Shown: positions 46,878 to 56,533 of the stretch, in pieces
How positions within the stretch are numbered: position 1 is the stretch's first letter
Layout: the number at the start of each line of letters is the position of its first letter
Source: Anaerolineae bacterium
GTDB taxonomy: Bacteria > Chloroflexota > Anaerolineae > UBA1429
Direction: 5' to 3'
Assembly: GCA_040766725.1 (NCBI GenBank)
Contig: JAXGPZ010000001.1
Coordinates: 3,231,086 to 3,295,085, forward strand
Length of the DNA: 64,000 nt
Made by a program: the position numbers and the translations under genes
Notes under the pieces: model-generated
What the model was told of the DNA's origin: nothing
Databases searched by the model: none
What the model saw: only the letters and a program-made list of their open reading frames with translations

Positions 46878-47825
46878 TTGGGCGCTACTTTGAGCGGTTT
46901 GGTGGTGCGCACCCATGGCGGCCACTATTACGTGCAAACCGACCCACAGGCGACCGGCAGGCAGGCCGAGCCGGTCGACTGCGGCGTGCGCGGCCGCCTC
47001 AAGAAGGAGCGACAGCAGGCCGATCTGGTGGTGATCGGCGACCAGGTCCTGTTTGAGATGAACCCCGACGGCACCGGCACCATCACCGAGGTGTTGCCAC
47101 GTCACAGCGTGCTCTCACGGCGCACCCCGCCGCCGCGGCCGGGCACGCGCTCTGATCGCGAACAGGTCATCGTGGCCAACCCCGACCAGGTGCTGGTGGT
47201 GTTTGCGCTGGGCAGCCCGCCGCTCAACCCCCTCACCCTCGACCGCTACCTGGTGGCCTGCGAGGCCGCCGGCCTGCCCGCCGTGATCGTGGCCAACAAG
47301 ACCGACATGCCCCTGGTGGATGAAGAGCGCGAGCTGCTGGGTCGCTATCGCGACCTCGGCTACACGGTCATCTTTACCAGCGCCGAGACGGGCGAGAACC
47401 TCGAGACGCTGCGCGCGCTGTTGCGGGGCAAGCTGTCGGCCCTCACCGGGCCGTCGGGGGTGGGCAAATCGAGCCTGCTCAACGCCCTGTGGCCCGGGCT
47501 GAATCTGGCCGTGGGCGAGGTCAGCGCCTACCACGACAAGGGCAAGCACACCACCGTGGTGGCGCAACTGCTCAACCCCGAGCCCGACATCCTGGTGGCC
47601 GATACCCCTGGCCTGCGTGTGTTCTACTTTTGGGATATCGACAGCGAACAGCTCGACGCCTTCTTCCCCGAGTTCAGGCCGCATCTGGGACATTGCCACT
47701 TTCAGCCCTGCACCCATATGCACGAGCCGGGTTGCGCCGTGATGGCTGCCACTGAACGGGGCGAGATCGACCCGTTGCGCTATGAGAGCTATCGCCGCAT
47801 GTTCGACATTCAGCAGGAGTCCTGA
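46878..47825 (+). CDS. rsgA: Ribosome small subunit-dependent GTPase A
   Basis: ANPDQ, NKTD, GPSGVGKSSLLN, GKHTT, DTPG, C.F..C.H.HEPGC. Confidence 0.93.
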   Translation: MGATLSGLVVRTHGGHYYVQTDPQATGRQAEPVDCGVRGRLKKERQQADLVVIGDQVLFEMNPDGTGTITEVLPRHSVLSRRTPPPRPGTRSDREQVIVANPDQVLVVFALGSPPLNPLTLDRYLVACEAAGLPAVIVANKTDMPLVDEERELLGRYRDLGYTVIFTSAETGENLETLRALLRGKLSALTGPSGVGKSSLLNALWPGLNLAVGEVSAYHDKGKHTTVVAQLLNPEPDILVADTPGLRVFYFWDIDSEQLDAFFPEFRPHLGHCHFQPCTHMHEPGCAVMAATERGEIDPLRYESYRRMFDIQQES

Positions 47826-47828
47826 GCC

Positions 47829-48803
47829 ATGCCCTATCCTGTGTTCGATCGGTCGCGCCTGGCGCTGCGCCCCCTGGCCGAGCGCACCCACGACTATGAC
47901 ATAGCCATGCTCGCCCACCTGAGCGATCCCCTGCCAGAGTATGACGACCCGCGGCTGACGGTGTTGGCCGAGCGGATCGCGGCGGCCCGACGCCGGGGCA
48001 GCGCCGTGATCCTGATGATGGGCGCCCACCTGATCAAGTATGGGCTGTCGCGCTACATCATCGACCTGCTGCGTGGGGGCGCCATCAGTTGCGTGGGGGT
48101 GAATGGCGCGTGCGCCATCCACGACTATGAGCTGGCCCTGATCGGCGCCACGTCTGAGAGTGTGGCGCGCTACATCCGACAGGGCGAGTTCGGCCTGTGG
48201 CGCGAGACGGGTCGTCTCAACGACCTGGCGCGGCTGGCCGCCGACGAGGGGCTCGGCCTGGGCGAGGCCATCGGCCGCGCCATCTGGGGCGAGCGGCTGC
48301 CGCACCGTGAGGTCAGCATCCTCGGACAGGCCTATGGCCTCGGCGTGCCGGTGACGGTGCACGTGGGCATCGGCAACGACATCGTGCACGAGCACCCCAA
48401 CTGCGATGGCGCCGCCTGGGGCGCTGCTTCGTACACCGATTTCCTGGTGCTGGCCGAACAGGTGCGGCGGCTGGAGGGCGGCGTGTTGCTCAATGTGGGC
48501 ACGGCGGTGATGGGTCCCGAGGTGTACCTCAAGGCGCTCTCGATGGCCCGCAACGTCGAGCGGCAGGACGGTCGTGAGATCCGCCATCTGACCACCGCCG
48601 TGTTCGATCTGCAGCCGCTGGGCGAGGACCTGGCCCACGAGCCGGGCAAAGATGACGCCCGCTACTACTTTAGGCCCTACAAGACCATTCTGGTGCGTAC
48701 TGTGGCCGATGGCGGCGAGAGCCTCTACTTTCAGGCGCCACACCAGCACACCATCCCTGTGCTGCACCACCGCATCATGCAGGCCATGGGGGCAGGCGCA
48801 TGA
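47829..48803 (+). CDS. Conserved protein, deoxyhypusine-synthase-like fold (GSU2086-like), function unknown
   Basis: MMGAHLIK.G, NGA.AIHDYE, G.FG.W.ETG, GLGEA.G, IG.DIVH.HP, VMGPEVYLKAL. Confidence 0.55.
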   Translation: MPYPVFDRSRLALRPLAERTHDYDIAMLAHLSDPLPEYDDPRLTVLAERIAAARRRGSAVILMMGAHLIKYGLSRYIIDLLRGGAISCVGVNGACAIHDYELALIGATSESVARYIRQGEFGLWRETGRLNDLARLAADEGLGLGEAIGRAIWGERLPHREVSILGQAYGLGVPVTVHVGIGNDIVHEHPNCDGAAWGAASYTDFLVLAEQVRRLEGGVLLNVGTAVMGPEVYLKALSMARNVERQDGREIRHLTTAVFDLQPLGEDLAHEPGKDDARYYFRPYKTILVRTVADGGESLYFQAPHQHTIPVLHHRIMQAMGAGA

Positions 48804-49825
48804 ACCGCGAACGGCTACAAACGCTCCTCAGCGCCATGGCGGGCCGACGCCTGCTCATCATCGGCGACTATTTCCTCGATCTCTACCTGGAGATCGACCA
48901 GCGCCTGGCCGAGACCTCGCTGGAGACCGGCCTCGAAGCGCATCAGGTGGTGGCGCGGCGCGCCAGCCCGGGCGCGGCCGGCAACGTGGCCGCCAACGCG
49001 CGGGCGTTGGGCGTCGAGGTGGTGGCCCTGGGCGCCATCGGCGACGACGGCAACGGCTATGACCTGCTGCGCGCGCTAGCGGCCCAAGGCGTGCACGCTG
49101 ACGCCCTGGTGCGCGCTGAGGCGCTCGTCACGCCCACTTACACCAAGCCGCTGCTGCGCGCCGTTGACGGCACGGTGCGCGAGCTGAGCCGGCTGGACAT
49201 CAAGAACCGCCAGCCCCTGCCCGCGTCAATCGAGATCGAGCTGCTGCAGCGTCTCGCTGCCCTCGTCGGCACCGTCGATGGCATCATCGTCAATGACCAG
49301 GTGCCCGAGGCCGACCACGGCGCCATCACCACGCGGGTGCGCGCGGCCCTGGCCGCCCTGGGCGCGGCCCGGCGCGAGCTGCCCATCACGGTGGATTCGC
49401 GCCGGCGTATCGGCCTGTTTAGTCAGATGATGCTCAAGCCCAACGAGCACGAGACGTTGAACGCCTTGGGCTGGCCCGAGTGCGACGATCTGGAGCGCAT
49501 TGCGGCGGCGGGACAGGCGTTGGCGCAGCGCGCCGGGCGGACCGTGTTCTGCACGGTGGGGGCGCGCGGCTGCCTGGTGTGCACCGCTGAGAGCGCCCGG
49601 CTGGCGCCGGCTGTGCCCGTGCACGGCGAGATCGACATCGTGGGGGCGGGCGATACAGCGCTGGCGGCCATCACTGCGGGGCTGTGTGCGGGGGCCAGCG
49701 CATTCGAGGCGGCGCTGTTGGGCAACCTGGCGGCCTCGGTGACCATCCAGTGCCTGGGCACCACCGGCACCGCGTCGCCTGCTGAGATCATGGCGGCCTA
49801 TGAGGCCTGGGGCGAGCGCCCCTAG
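48800..49825 (+). CDS. PfkB sugar kinase, RfaE/HldE domain I-like
   Basis: IIGD..LD.Y, PGAAGNVAAN..ALG, KPNEHE, DIVGAGDT. Confidence 0.8.
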   Translation: MNRERLQTLLSAMAGRRLLIIGDYFLDLYLEIDQRLAETSLETGLEAHQVVARRASPGAAGNVAANARALGVEVVALGAIGDDGNGYDLLRALAAQGVHADALVRAEALVTPTYTKPLLRAVDGTVRELSRLDIKNRQPLPASIEIELLQRLAALVGTVDGIIVNDQVPEADHGAITTRVRAALAALGAARRELPITVDSRRRIGLFSQMMLKPNEHETLNALGWPECDDLERIAAAGQALAQRAGRTVFCTVGARGCLVCTAESARLAPAVPVHGEIDIVGAGDTALAAITAGLCAGASAFEAALLGNLAASVTIQCLGTTGTASPAEIMAAYEAWGERP

Positions 49826-50484
49826 TCAAAGATCGGCAGTGGCCCGCCCATCACGGGCAGCGGTCGAGCGATCCTGACATCCCACCAGGCCTTGGCGGTG
49901 GCCAGGACGTCACGCCACCAATAGGCCTGCACGAGGGTATAGTCGCGGCGGTCGGCGGCGACGCCGATCACGTCGAGCCCGAGGCTGTCGGCCGTAAAGA
50001 GCGCCCGGTCGAGGTGGTAGGCCTGCGTCACCAGGATGGCGTCGTCCACCATAAAGATGTGCTTGGCGCGATAGCAGCTATCGTAGGTGCGCCGTCCAGC
50101 ATAGTCGAGCACGATATCGTCACGCGGCACGCCCAGCGCCACAGCATGCTCGAGCATACGGCCCGGCTCGTTATAGTCCACCGTGCGGTTGTCGCCGGTC
50201 ATGAGCAGCTTGGATGCTTTGCCGGCGTGGTACAGGTCGACGGCCGTCTCGACGCGGTCGGCGAGGATGTCGCTGAGGCGCCCACCGGGCCAGTAGCCGG
50301 CGCCAAAGACGATGGCCACGCTGCGCGGCGGTGCGCTCTCGAGATCATAGATATGGCCGCTATAGTGCCGATCGGTCCACCAGCGCAGCCCCACCAGAAA
50401 GACGAGCGCCGCGACGCTTAGCCCCACGGCCAGGGCAACGAGCCATCGGCACCTCTGGACTGTATTGCGTTTGATGTGTGCCAT
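49822..50484 (-). CDS. SanA/YdcF (DUF218) family protein
   Basis: VFGAG, L.DRVETA..LY, GDN, LDYAGRRTYDSC.RA, VTQAYHL.RA. Confidence 0.85.
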   Translation of the reverse strand: MAHIKRNTVQRCRWLVALAVGLSVAALVFLVGLRWWTDRHYSGHIYDLESAPPRSVAIVFGAGYWPGGRLSDILADRVETAVDLYHAGKASKLLMTGDNRTVDYNEPGRMLEHAVALGVPRDDIVLDYAGRRTYDSCYRAKHIFMVDDAILVTQAYHLDRALFTADSLGLDVIGVAADRRDYTLVQAYWWRDVLATAKAWWDVRIARPLPVMGGPLPIFD

Positions 50485-50533
50485 GCTGTCGATAGTATAG
50501 CATCCGGCTGCGACCCAGCCGAAAGCGACGGAC

Positions 50534-51490
50534 ATGATGGACGCCAAAGAGAACCTGCTACGCGCCATACACTATGACAACCCGGCCTATGTGCCCCGCT
50601 CTGATGAGGCGCTGTTCGCCGGCTTGCAGCTCAAGGGCAACTTTCGGCATGGCAACTGGGTCGATGCCTGGGGCGTGCGCTGGGAGGCGACGCTGGCCCA
50701 GTTTGTGCCCTTTCCCAAGGGCAACCCGCTGCCCAGCCTCGACCTGCTGGACGCGTATCGCCTGCCCGACCCGGCCGCGCTGCTGGCCGACGATGAGGTG
50801 CTGGCGCCCTTGCGGCGCAGCGATCGCGGACGTCTCTTTGTCACCGGCAACCTCACCTACCTGCTCTTTGAGCGCGCCTGGGCGCTGATGGGCATGGACA
50901 ACTTTATGCTGGCGTTGCGCACCCATCCCGCCGAGATGCACGCCCTGCTGGACGCCATCGCCGACTATGACGTCCAGGTGTTCGACCGGTACCTCGAGCT
51001 GGGCGTCGATGCCATCTCGTTCTCCGAGGACCTGGGCTCGCAACGCGCCCTGCTCGTCTCGCCGCAAGACCTGCGCACCTTTTTTGTGCCGCGCTACCAA
51101 CGCATCTTTGCCCATGCTGTGCAGGCCGGCGCGGTGGTGCGCTTTCACTCCTGCGGCTGCGTTCAGGCGATCGCTCAAGACCTGGCCGGGGCAGGCGCCA
51201 CCGTGCTCAACCCGGTGCAGGCGCGCGCCAACGATCTCGAGCGTCTCAAGGCCGATGCTTCGTCCGTCGGGCTGGCGCTCGAGGGCGGCATCGACTCGCA
51301 CCTGCTCACCCTCGGCTCGCCTGCCGAGGTGCGCGCCGAGACGCTGCGCGTGCTCAGGCTGCTGGCGCCGGGCGGGGGCTATGTCGCCGGGCCCGACCAG
51401 GCCATGCCCTGGCCGCAAGCCAATTACGACGCGATGATGGCAACCGTGCAGGCCTACGGCCGCTATCCTCTCGTACTCCCGGCGGCTTGA
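50534..51490 (+). CDS. Uroporphyrinogen decarboxylase family (MtaA/CmuA methyltransferase-like)
   Basis: D.WGVRW, FERAWALMGMDNF, EDLGSQ, HSCG, GGIDSH, GGGYV. Confidence 0.75.
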   Translation: MMDAKENLLRAIHYDNPAYVPRSDEALFAGLQLKGNFRHGNWVDAWGVRWEATLAQFVPFPKGNPLPSLDLLDAYRLPDPAALLADDEVLAPLRRSDRGRLFVTGNLTYLLFERAWALMGMDNFMLALRTHPAEMHALLDAIADYDVQVFDRYLELGVDAISFSEDLGSQRALLVSPQDLRTFFVPRYQRIFAHAVQAGAVVRFHSCGCVQAIAQDLAGAGATVLNPVQARANDLERLKADASSVGLALEGGIDSHLLTLGSPAEVRAETLRVLRLLAPGGGYVAGPDQAMPWPQANYDAMMATVQAYGRYPLVLPAA

Positions 51491-51554
51491 GAGCGGCGCA
51501 ACTCGACAGCGCAGCGCGGGTTCTCAGGCCAGACACCATCTAGGAGGCGCTAAC

Positions 51555-52013
51555 ATGACCCAGGCGAAAGAGGGGGTCTTCTTGGAGGACCTGGCCGTCG
51601 GACAGGTGCTGCACGGCCCCTCCAGGACGGTCACCGAGGCCGACATCATGGCCTTTGCCACGTTGACGGGCGATGACAACCTTCTGCACACCGACGAGGC
51701 GTATGCCAGCCAGACCAGGTTCGGCCAGCGAATCGCCCATGGCCTGCTGGGGCTGTCGTTGGCCGCCGGGCTGGCCTGCCAGGCGGGCCTGACCGACAAC
51801 ACGCTAGCATTCACCAGCCTCGGCTGGAAGTTCAGGGCCCCTGTGTTCATCGGCGACACCATCAGTTATCGCGCCACCGTCGCCAGAATCCGCCCCATGC
51901 GCGCGACGGGCGGCGGCATGGTGTCCGTCGATATGGACCTGCTCAACCAGCATGGCCAGGTGGTGCAGGCCGGCCAGTGGTCGTTGCTGATCAAGAGCCG
52001 GCCAGCCGAGTAA
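51555..52013 (+). CDS. MaoC-like hotdog-fold dehydratase
   Basis: RTVTEADI..FA.LTGDDN.LH.D, IAHG, F.APVFIGDTI. Confidence 0.88.
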   Translation: MTQAKEGVFLEDLAVGQVLHGPSRTVTEADIMAFATLTGDDNLLHTDEAYASQTRFGQRIAHGLLGLSLAAGLACQAGLTDNTLAFTSLGWKFRAPVFIGDTISYRATVARIRPMRATGGGMVSVDMDLLNQHGQVVQAGQWSLLIKSRPAE

Positions 52014-52045
52014 CGCTGCCGGCAGGCAGCGTGCGTCGGCAGGGC

Positions 52046-53185
52046 TCATTCGCCACGCTTGCGTCGACGCCAGAGCGTGCTCAGCCTGCCCACGAGGCGG
52101 TTGATGCCCCGCACCAGCCCGGTGCGCAGCCCCGCCCAGCGATACAGCAGTTCGCGCCAGAGGCGGTGCAACGTTGCTCGCTGCACCTCGGGCTTGACGG
52201 CGGCCCAGCGCACGGCGGCTGCCGCCCAGGTGAGCCCTGCGCCAAAGCCCACCAGCACCACGTGCTGCCCCGGCTGAAGGCGGCCGTCGTCGGCCGCCTC
52301 GCAGAGCGCGATGGGCACCGAGGCCGCCGAAGTGTTGCCATAGGCATCCACATTGATCACAAAGCGCTCCAGCGGCATTTGCAGGCGTTGCGCTGCCGCC
52401 TCGATGATGCGGGCGTTGGCCTGGTGAGGAATGATCCAGTCCACGTCATCGAGGCTCAGACCGGCGTCGCTGGCTACCGCCTCGGCGGCCTCGGGCAAGA
52501 CGCGCGCCGCAAAGCGATAGACCTGCCGGCCGTTCATCTGCAGGGTGTGCAGGCCAGCCGCCACCGTCTCGGGCGAGGCGCGCTGGGCGCTGCCGCCAGC
52601 GGGGATCATCAGCAGTTCGTCGCCAGCGCCGTCGGCGCCCAGCCGCGAGGCAAGGACGCCGTGTTCCTCGTCGGTGGCGCGTAGCAGCACGGCGCCGGCC
52701 CCATCGCCAAAGAGCACCGCCGTGGCGCGATCCTGCCAGTTCACCACTGCGCTCATCGTATCGGCGCCGATGACCAGCACCGACCGATAGCTGCCGGCCT
52801 CGATGGCCGCCTGCCCCATCGCCAGCGCATAAACGAACCCTGAACAACCGGCGTTGAGATCAAAGGCGCCGGCGCGAGCGGCGCCCAGCGCATTCTGCAC
52901 CTGGCAGGCGGCCGCCGGCATGGGGTGGTCGGGCGTCATGGTCGCCACGATGATCAGATCCAGATCGCGCGGATCGGCGTCGGCTCGCTCCAAGGCTGCA
53001 CGGGCGGCGCCCAGCGCCAGCGATGCGGTCGCCTGGCCATCGGCGGCGATGTGGCGCTGACGGATGCCCGTGCGCTCGACGATCCACGCGTCGGACGTGT
53101 CGAGCACGGCGGCGAGGTCGTCGTTGGTGACCACCTTTTCGGGGACGCACTTGCCCCAGCCGGCGATCGCAGCGCGCGGGCTCAG
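52046..53185 (-). CDS. fabH: 3-oxoacyl-ACP synthase III; probable CTG start; basic C-terminal extension
   Basis: WIVERTGI, catalytic AGCSGF, HQAN, GNTSAAS. Frame extends 17 codons past the track GTG to CTG 53185 (SD GGGAGG). Confidence 0.88.
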   Translation of the reverse strand: MSPRAAIAGWGKCVPEKVVTNDDLAAVLDTSDAWIVERTGIRQRHIAADGQATASLALGAARAALERADADPRDLDLIIVATMTPDHPMPAAACQVQNALGAARAGAFDLNAGCSGFVYALAMGQAAIEAGSYRSVLVIGADTMSAVVNWQDRATAVLFGDGAGAVLLRATDEEHGVLASRLGADGAGDELLMIPAGGSAQRASPETVAAGLHTLQMNGRQVYRFAARVLPEAAEAVASDAGLSLDDVDWIIPHQANARIIEAAAQRLQMPLERFVINVDAYGNTSAASVPIALCEAADDGRLQPGQHVVLVGFGAGLTWAAAAVRWAAVKPEVQRATLHRLWRELLYRWAGLRTGLVRGINRLVGRLSTLWRRRKRGE

Positions 53186-54432
53186 CGACGGCCTCCCTGC
53201 GGCGCGCCCAGGATCAGGCAGGCGTTGTGGCCGCCAAAACCGAACGAGTTTGAGAGCACGACCTGCACCTGCGCCTGGCGCGCAGCGTTGGGCACATAGT
53301 CCAGGTCACACTCGGGATCGCGATGCTGCAGATTCATGGTGGGCGGGATGATGCCCGTCTCGATAGCCTTGATGCACAAGGCCGCCTCCAGCGCCCCTGC
53401 GGCGCCCAACAGGTGCCCGGTCATCGATTTAGTCGACGACACCGGCACGCGGTAGGCGTGCTCGCCCAGGGCCCGCTTGATGGCGCGCGTCTCGGTGGCA
53501 TCGTTCAGCGGGGTGCTGGTGCCGTGGGCGTTGATATAGCCGATCTGCTGAGGCTGCAGGTCGGCGTCGCGCAGGGCGAGCTGCATACAGGCCGCCGCGC
53601 CGGCGCCATCCTCTGTCGGCGCGGTGATGTGAAAGGCGTCGTCGTTGCTGCCATAGCCCAGCAGCTCGGCATAGATGTGGGCGCCACGCGCCTGAGCATG
53701 CTCCAGCGTTTCAATGATCAGGATGGCGGCGCCCTCGCCCACCACAAAGCCATCGCGGTCGCGGTCGAACGGCCGCGAGGCGCTGGCGGGGTCGTCGTTG
53801 CGCGTCGAGAGGGCCTTCATGGCGCTGAACCCGGCCAGGGCGATCTCGATGACGCCGTTCTCGGCGCCGCCGCAGAGGGCCACATCGGCCAGCCCGTGAC
53901 GCAGCATGTTGGCCGCCTCGCCGATGGCGTTGGCGCCTGAGGCGCAGGCTGAGGTCACGGCAAAGTTGGGCCCGGTGAGGCCGAACTCGATGGCGGCCAT
54001 GCTGGCCGGCGTCTCGGGCAAGATCATGGGGATGAGAAAGGGGCTGACCCGCGAAGGCCCGCGCTCGGTGAGGGTGCGCACCTCGCGCGTGACCGTATCC
54101 ATGCCGCCGATGCCCGAGCCGATGATCACCGCTGCGCGCTGCTTGAGCTCGTCATCGAACGCGATGCCGGCGTCGGCCACCGCCTCGCGCGCGGCCACCA
54201 GCGCGAACTGCACCACGGGGTCCATGCGGCGCAGATCTTTGGCCTCAAAGTGCGCGCTCGGATCGAACCCTCGCGCCTCGGCCGCGATGCGGGCGCGATA
54301 GCCCGAGGCGTCGAATTTGGTCACGGGGGCCACGCCCGAGCGGCCGTTGACGATCCCGTCCCAGGTCGAGTTGACATCGTTGCCCAACGGCGAGACCGCG
54401 CCCAGACCCGTCACCACCACGCGTTTTCTCAT
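53182..54432 (-). CDS. fabF: 3-oxoacyl-ACP synthase II
   Basis: RVVVTGLG, SACASGA, DAFHIT, NAHGTST, KSMTGHLLG, SNSFGFGGHN. Confidence 0.96.
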   Translation of the reverse strand: MRKRVVVTGLGAVSPLGNDVNSTWDGIVNGRSGVAPVTKFDASGYRARIAAEARGFDPSAHFEAKDLRRMDPVVQFALVAAREAVADAGIAFDDELKQRAAVIIGSGIGGMDTVTREVRTLTERGPSRVSPFLIPMILPETPASMAAIEFGLTGPNFAVTSACASGANAIGEAANMLRHGLADVALCGGAENGVIEIALAGFSAMKALSTRNDDPASASRPFDRDRDGFVVGEGAAILIIETLEHAQARGAHIYAELLGYGSNDDAFHITAPTEDGAGAAACMQLALRDADLQPQQIGYINAHGTSTPLNDATETRAIKRALGEHAYRVPVSSTKSMTGHLLGAAGALEAALCIKAIETGIIPPTMNLQHRDPECDLDYVPNAARQAQVQVVLSNSFGFGGHNACLILGAPQGGRR

Positions 54433-54609
54433 GGCCACAACACCTCGAATCCAGTTTGCCGGTTTGCCGCCTCGGCGGCAAGGGGTAGAGTCAATGCATC
54501 TAACACAATGCCCGGTCGATGGTTGCACCATCACGGCGGCGCACCAAAGCGCAACCGCCGGCGCGTCTCTGTGTTATAGTGCTCGACACTCTGGACCGGA
54601 GGGGGCTCG

Positions 54610-55584
54610 ATGCTCAAGACACCACTGACCGAGTTGCTGCACATCGAATATCCGATCTTGCAGGGCGGCATGGCCTGGGTGGGCACCTGGGAGCTGGTGA
54701 CGGCCGTCTCGGAAGGCGGAGGTCTGGGCATTCTGGGGGCGGGAAGCGCCCCGTTGAGCTGGGTGGCCGAGCAACTGGCGCACATTCGCGCCCACACCGA
54801 CAGGCCCTTTGGCGTGAACGTGCCTCTGTTCAACACGGTGGCCGATGAGCTCATCGCCTACTGTCTCGAGCAGCGCGTGCCGGTGCTCACCACCGGCGCA
54901 GGCAACCCGGCCCCTTACGTCGAGCCCGCCAAGGCCGCCGGCGTCACCTTTATCCCCGTGGTGGCTTCGGTGCAACTGGCCCGTCGGCTCGAGCGCGCCG
55001 GCGTCGACGCCATCATCGCCGAGGGCGAAGAGTCGGGCGGCCACATCGGCAGCGTGACCACCATGGCGTTGCTGCCACAGGTCGTCGACGCGGTCAGCAT
55101 CCCCGTGATCGCTGCGGGCGGCATCGGCGACGGGCGCGGGCTGGCGGCGGCGCTGGCCCTGGGCGCCGCTGGCGTGCAGATGGGCACGCGCTTTGTGTGC
55201 ACCACCGAGTGCATCGCCCACGACAACTACAAACAGGCCATCCTCAAGGCCAACGAACGCTCGACCATGGTCACGGGAGCATCGCTGGGACACCCGGTGC
55301 GCTGCCTGCGCAACCCCATGGCGCGCGACTATGAAGAGCTGGAGCGACGTGGCGCCAGCGAACAGGAGCTGGTCGAGTTCGGCACAGGGCGGCTGCGCAA
55401 CGCCGTCATGTTGGGCGACGTGATCCACGGCTCGGTGATGGCCGGGCAGATTTCGGGGCTGGTGCGCGATATCGTGCCGGCCGCCGAGGTGCTGAGGCGC
55501 ACCGTGGCCGAGGCCGAGCAGGTCTTGGGCCGGCTGGGCGCCATGGTGCGCGCACCGGCAACCGAGGCCATCCATGAGTGCTGA
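54610..55584 (+). CDS. fabK: Enoyl-ACP reductase II (FMN-dependent)
   Basis: YPILQGGMAW, AEGEESGGHIG, AAGGIGDGRG, QMGTRF, MAGQI. Confidence 0.9.
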   Translation: MLKTPLTELLHIEYPILQGGMAWVGTWELVTAVSEGGGLGILGAGSAPLSWVAEQLAHIRAHTDRPFGVNVPLFNTVADELIAYCLEQRVPVLTTGAGNPAPYVEPAKAAGVTFIPVVASVQLARRLERAGVDAIIAEGEESGGHIGSVTTMALLPQVVDAVSIPVIAAGGIGDGRGLAAALALGAAGVQMGTRFVCTTECIAHDNYKQAILKANERSTMVTGASLGHPVRCLRNPMARDYEELERRGASEQELVEFGTGRLRNAVMLGDVIHGSVMAGQISGLVRDIVPAAEVLRRTVAEAEQVLGRLGAMVRAPATEAIHEC

Positions 55585-56533
55585 GCGCAACATCGCGCTG
55601 GTGTTCCCCGGTCAGGGTTGCCAGCATGTGGGCATGGGGACGGCGCTGTACGCGCGCTATCCTGAGGCGCGCGCCGTCTATCAAGAGGCCGATGATGCCG
55701 TGGGCTGCGCGCTTTCGAGGCTCTGCTTTGAGGGGCCCGAGGCCGAGTTGAACGACACGGCCAACACGCAGCCGGCCATCGTGGCCACGTCACTGGCGCT
55801 GTGGGCCGCCCTAAAGCCGCGACTGAACGGCACCGCCGACGCAGTGGGTTTTGTGGCCGGCCATAGCCTGGGCGAATTCTCGGCGCTGGCCGCAGCGGGG
55901 GCGCTCTCGACGGCCGATGCCATCCGCCTGGTGCGTTGCAGAGGCCTGGCCATGCGCCAGGCGGGCGAGCGACACCCCGGCGGCATGGCAGCCATCATCG
56001 GGCTGGATGACGATGCCGTGCGGCAGCTCGCGGGCGAGGCTTGCGGCGACGATGGCGATTGTTGGGTGGCCAACTATAACTCGCCGGGGCAGGTGGTCAT
56101 CGCGGGCGCAGCGCCGGCTCTGGAGCGCGCCATGGCTCTCGCCAGAGAGCGTCGGGCGCGGCGCGCGCTGCCGTTGGCCGTGAGTGTGGCTTGCCACACG
56201 GCCTACATGCACGACGCCGCCGAAGAGCTCAACGCGGCGCTGGAGGACACCTCGTTTCGGCGCCCCTGGGCGCCGGTGGTCAGCAATGTGACGGCCTCGG
56301 CCCTGTCAGAGCCCAAAGAGATCAAGAGCGCACTGCTGCAGCAGTTGACCTCGCCCGTGCGCTGGGTAGAGGGCGTGCGCTATCTCGCAGCCGAGGGGGT
56401 GACGGCCGCGCTCGAGATCGGCCCCAGGGCGGTGGTCTCGGGACTGATGGCGCGTATCAGCGACGCCATCCGCACCAGCGGCATCACCGACCCCGACACT
56501 CTCGAGGCATTTGTGGGCGAGGTGGAGCGATGA
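55574..56533 (+). CDS. fabD: Malonyl-CoA:ACP transacylase
   Basis: FPGQG, TQPAI, GHSLGE, ANYNSPGQVVI, QLTSPVRW. Confidence 0.95.
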   Translation: MSAERNIALVFPGQGCQHVGMGTALYARYPEARAVYQEADDAVGCALSRLCFEGPEAELNDTANTQPAIVATSLALWAALKPRLNGTADAVGFVAGHSLGEFSALAAAGALSTADAIRLVRCRGLAMRQAGERHPGGMAAIIGLDDDAVRQLAGEACGDDGDCWVANYNSPGQVVIAGAAPALERAMALARERRARRALPLAVSVACHTAYMHDAAEELNAALEDTSFRRPWAPVVSNVTASALSEPKEIKSALLQQLTSPVRWVEGVRYLAAEGVTAALEIGPRAVVSGLMARISDAIRTSGITDPDTLEAFVGEVER

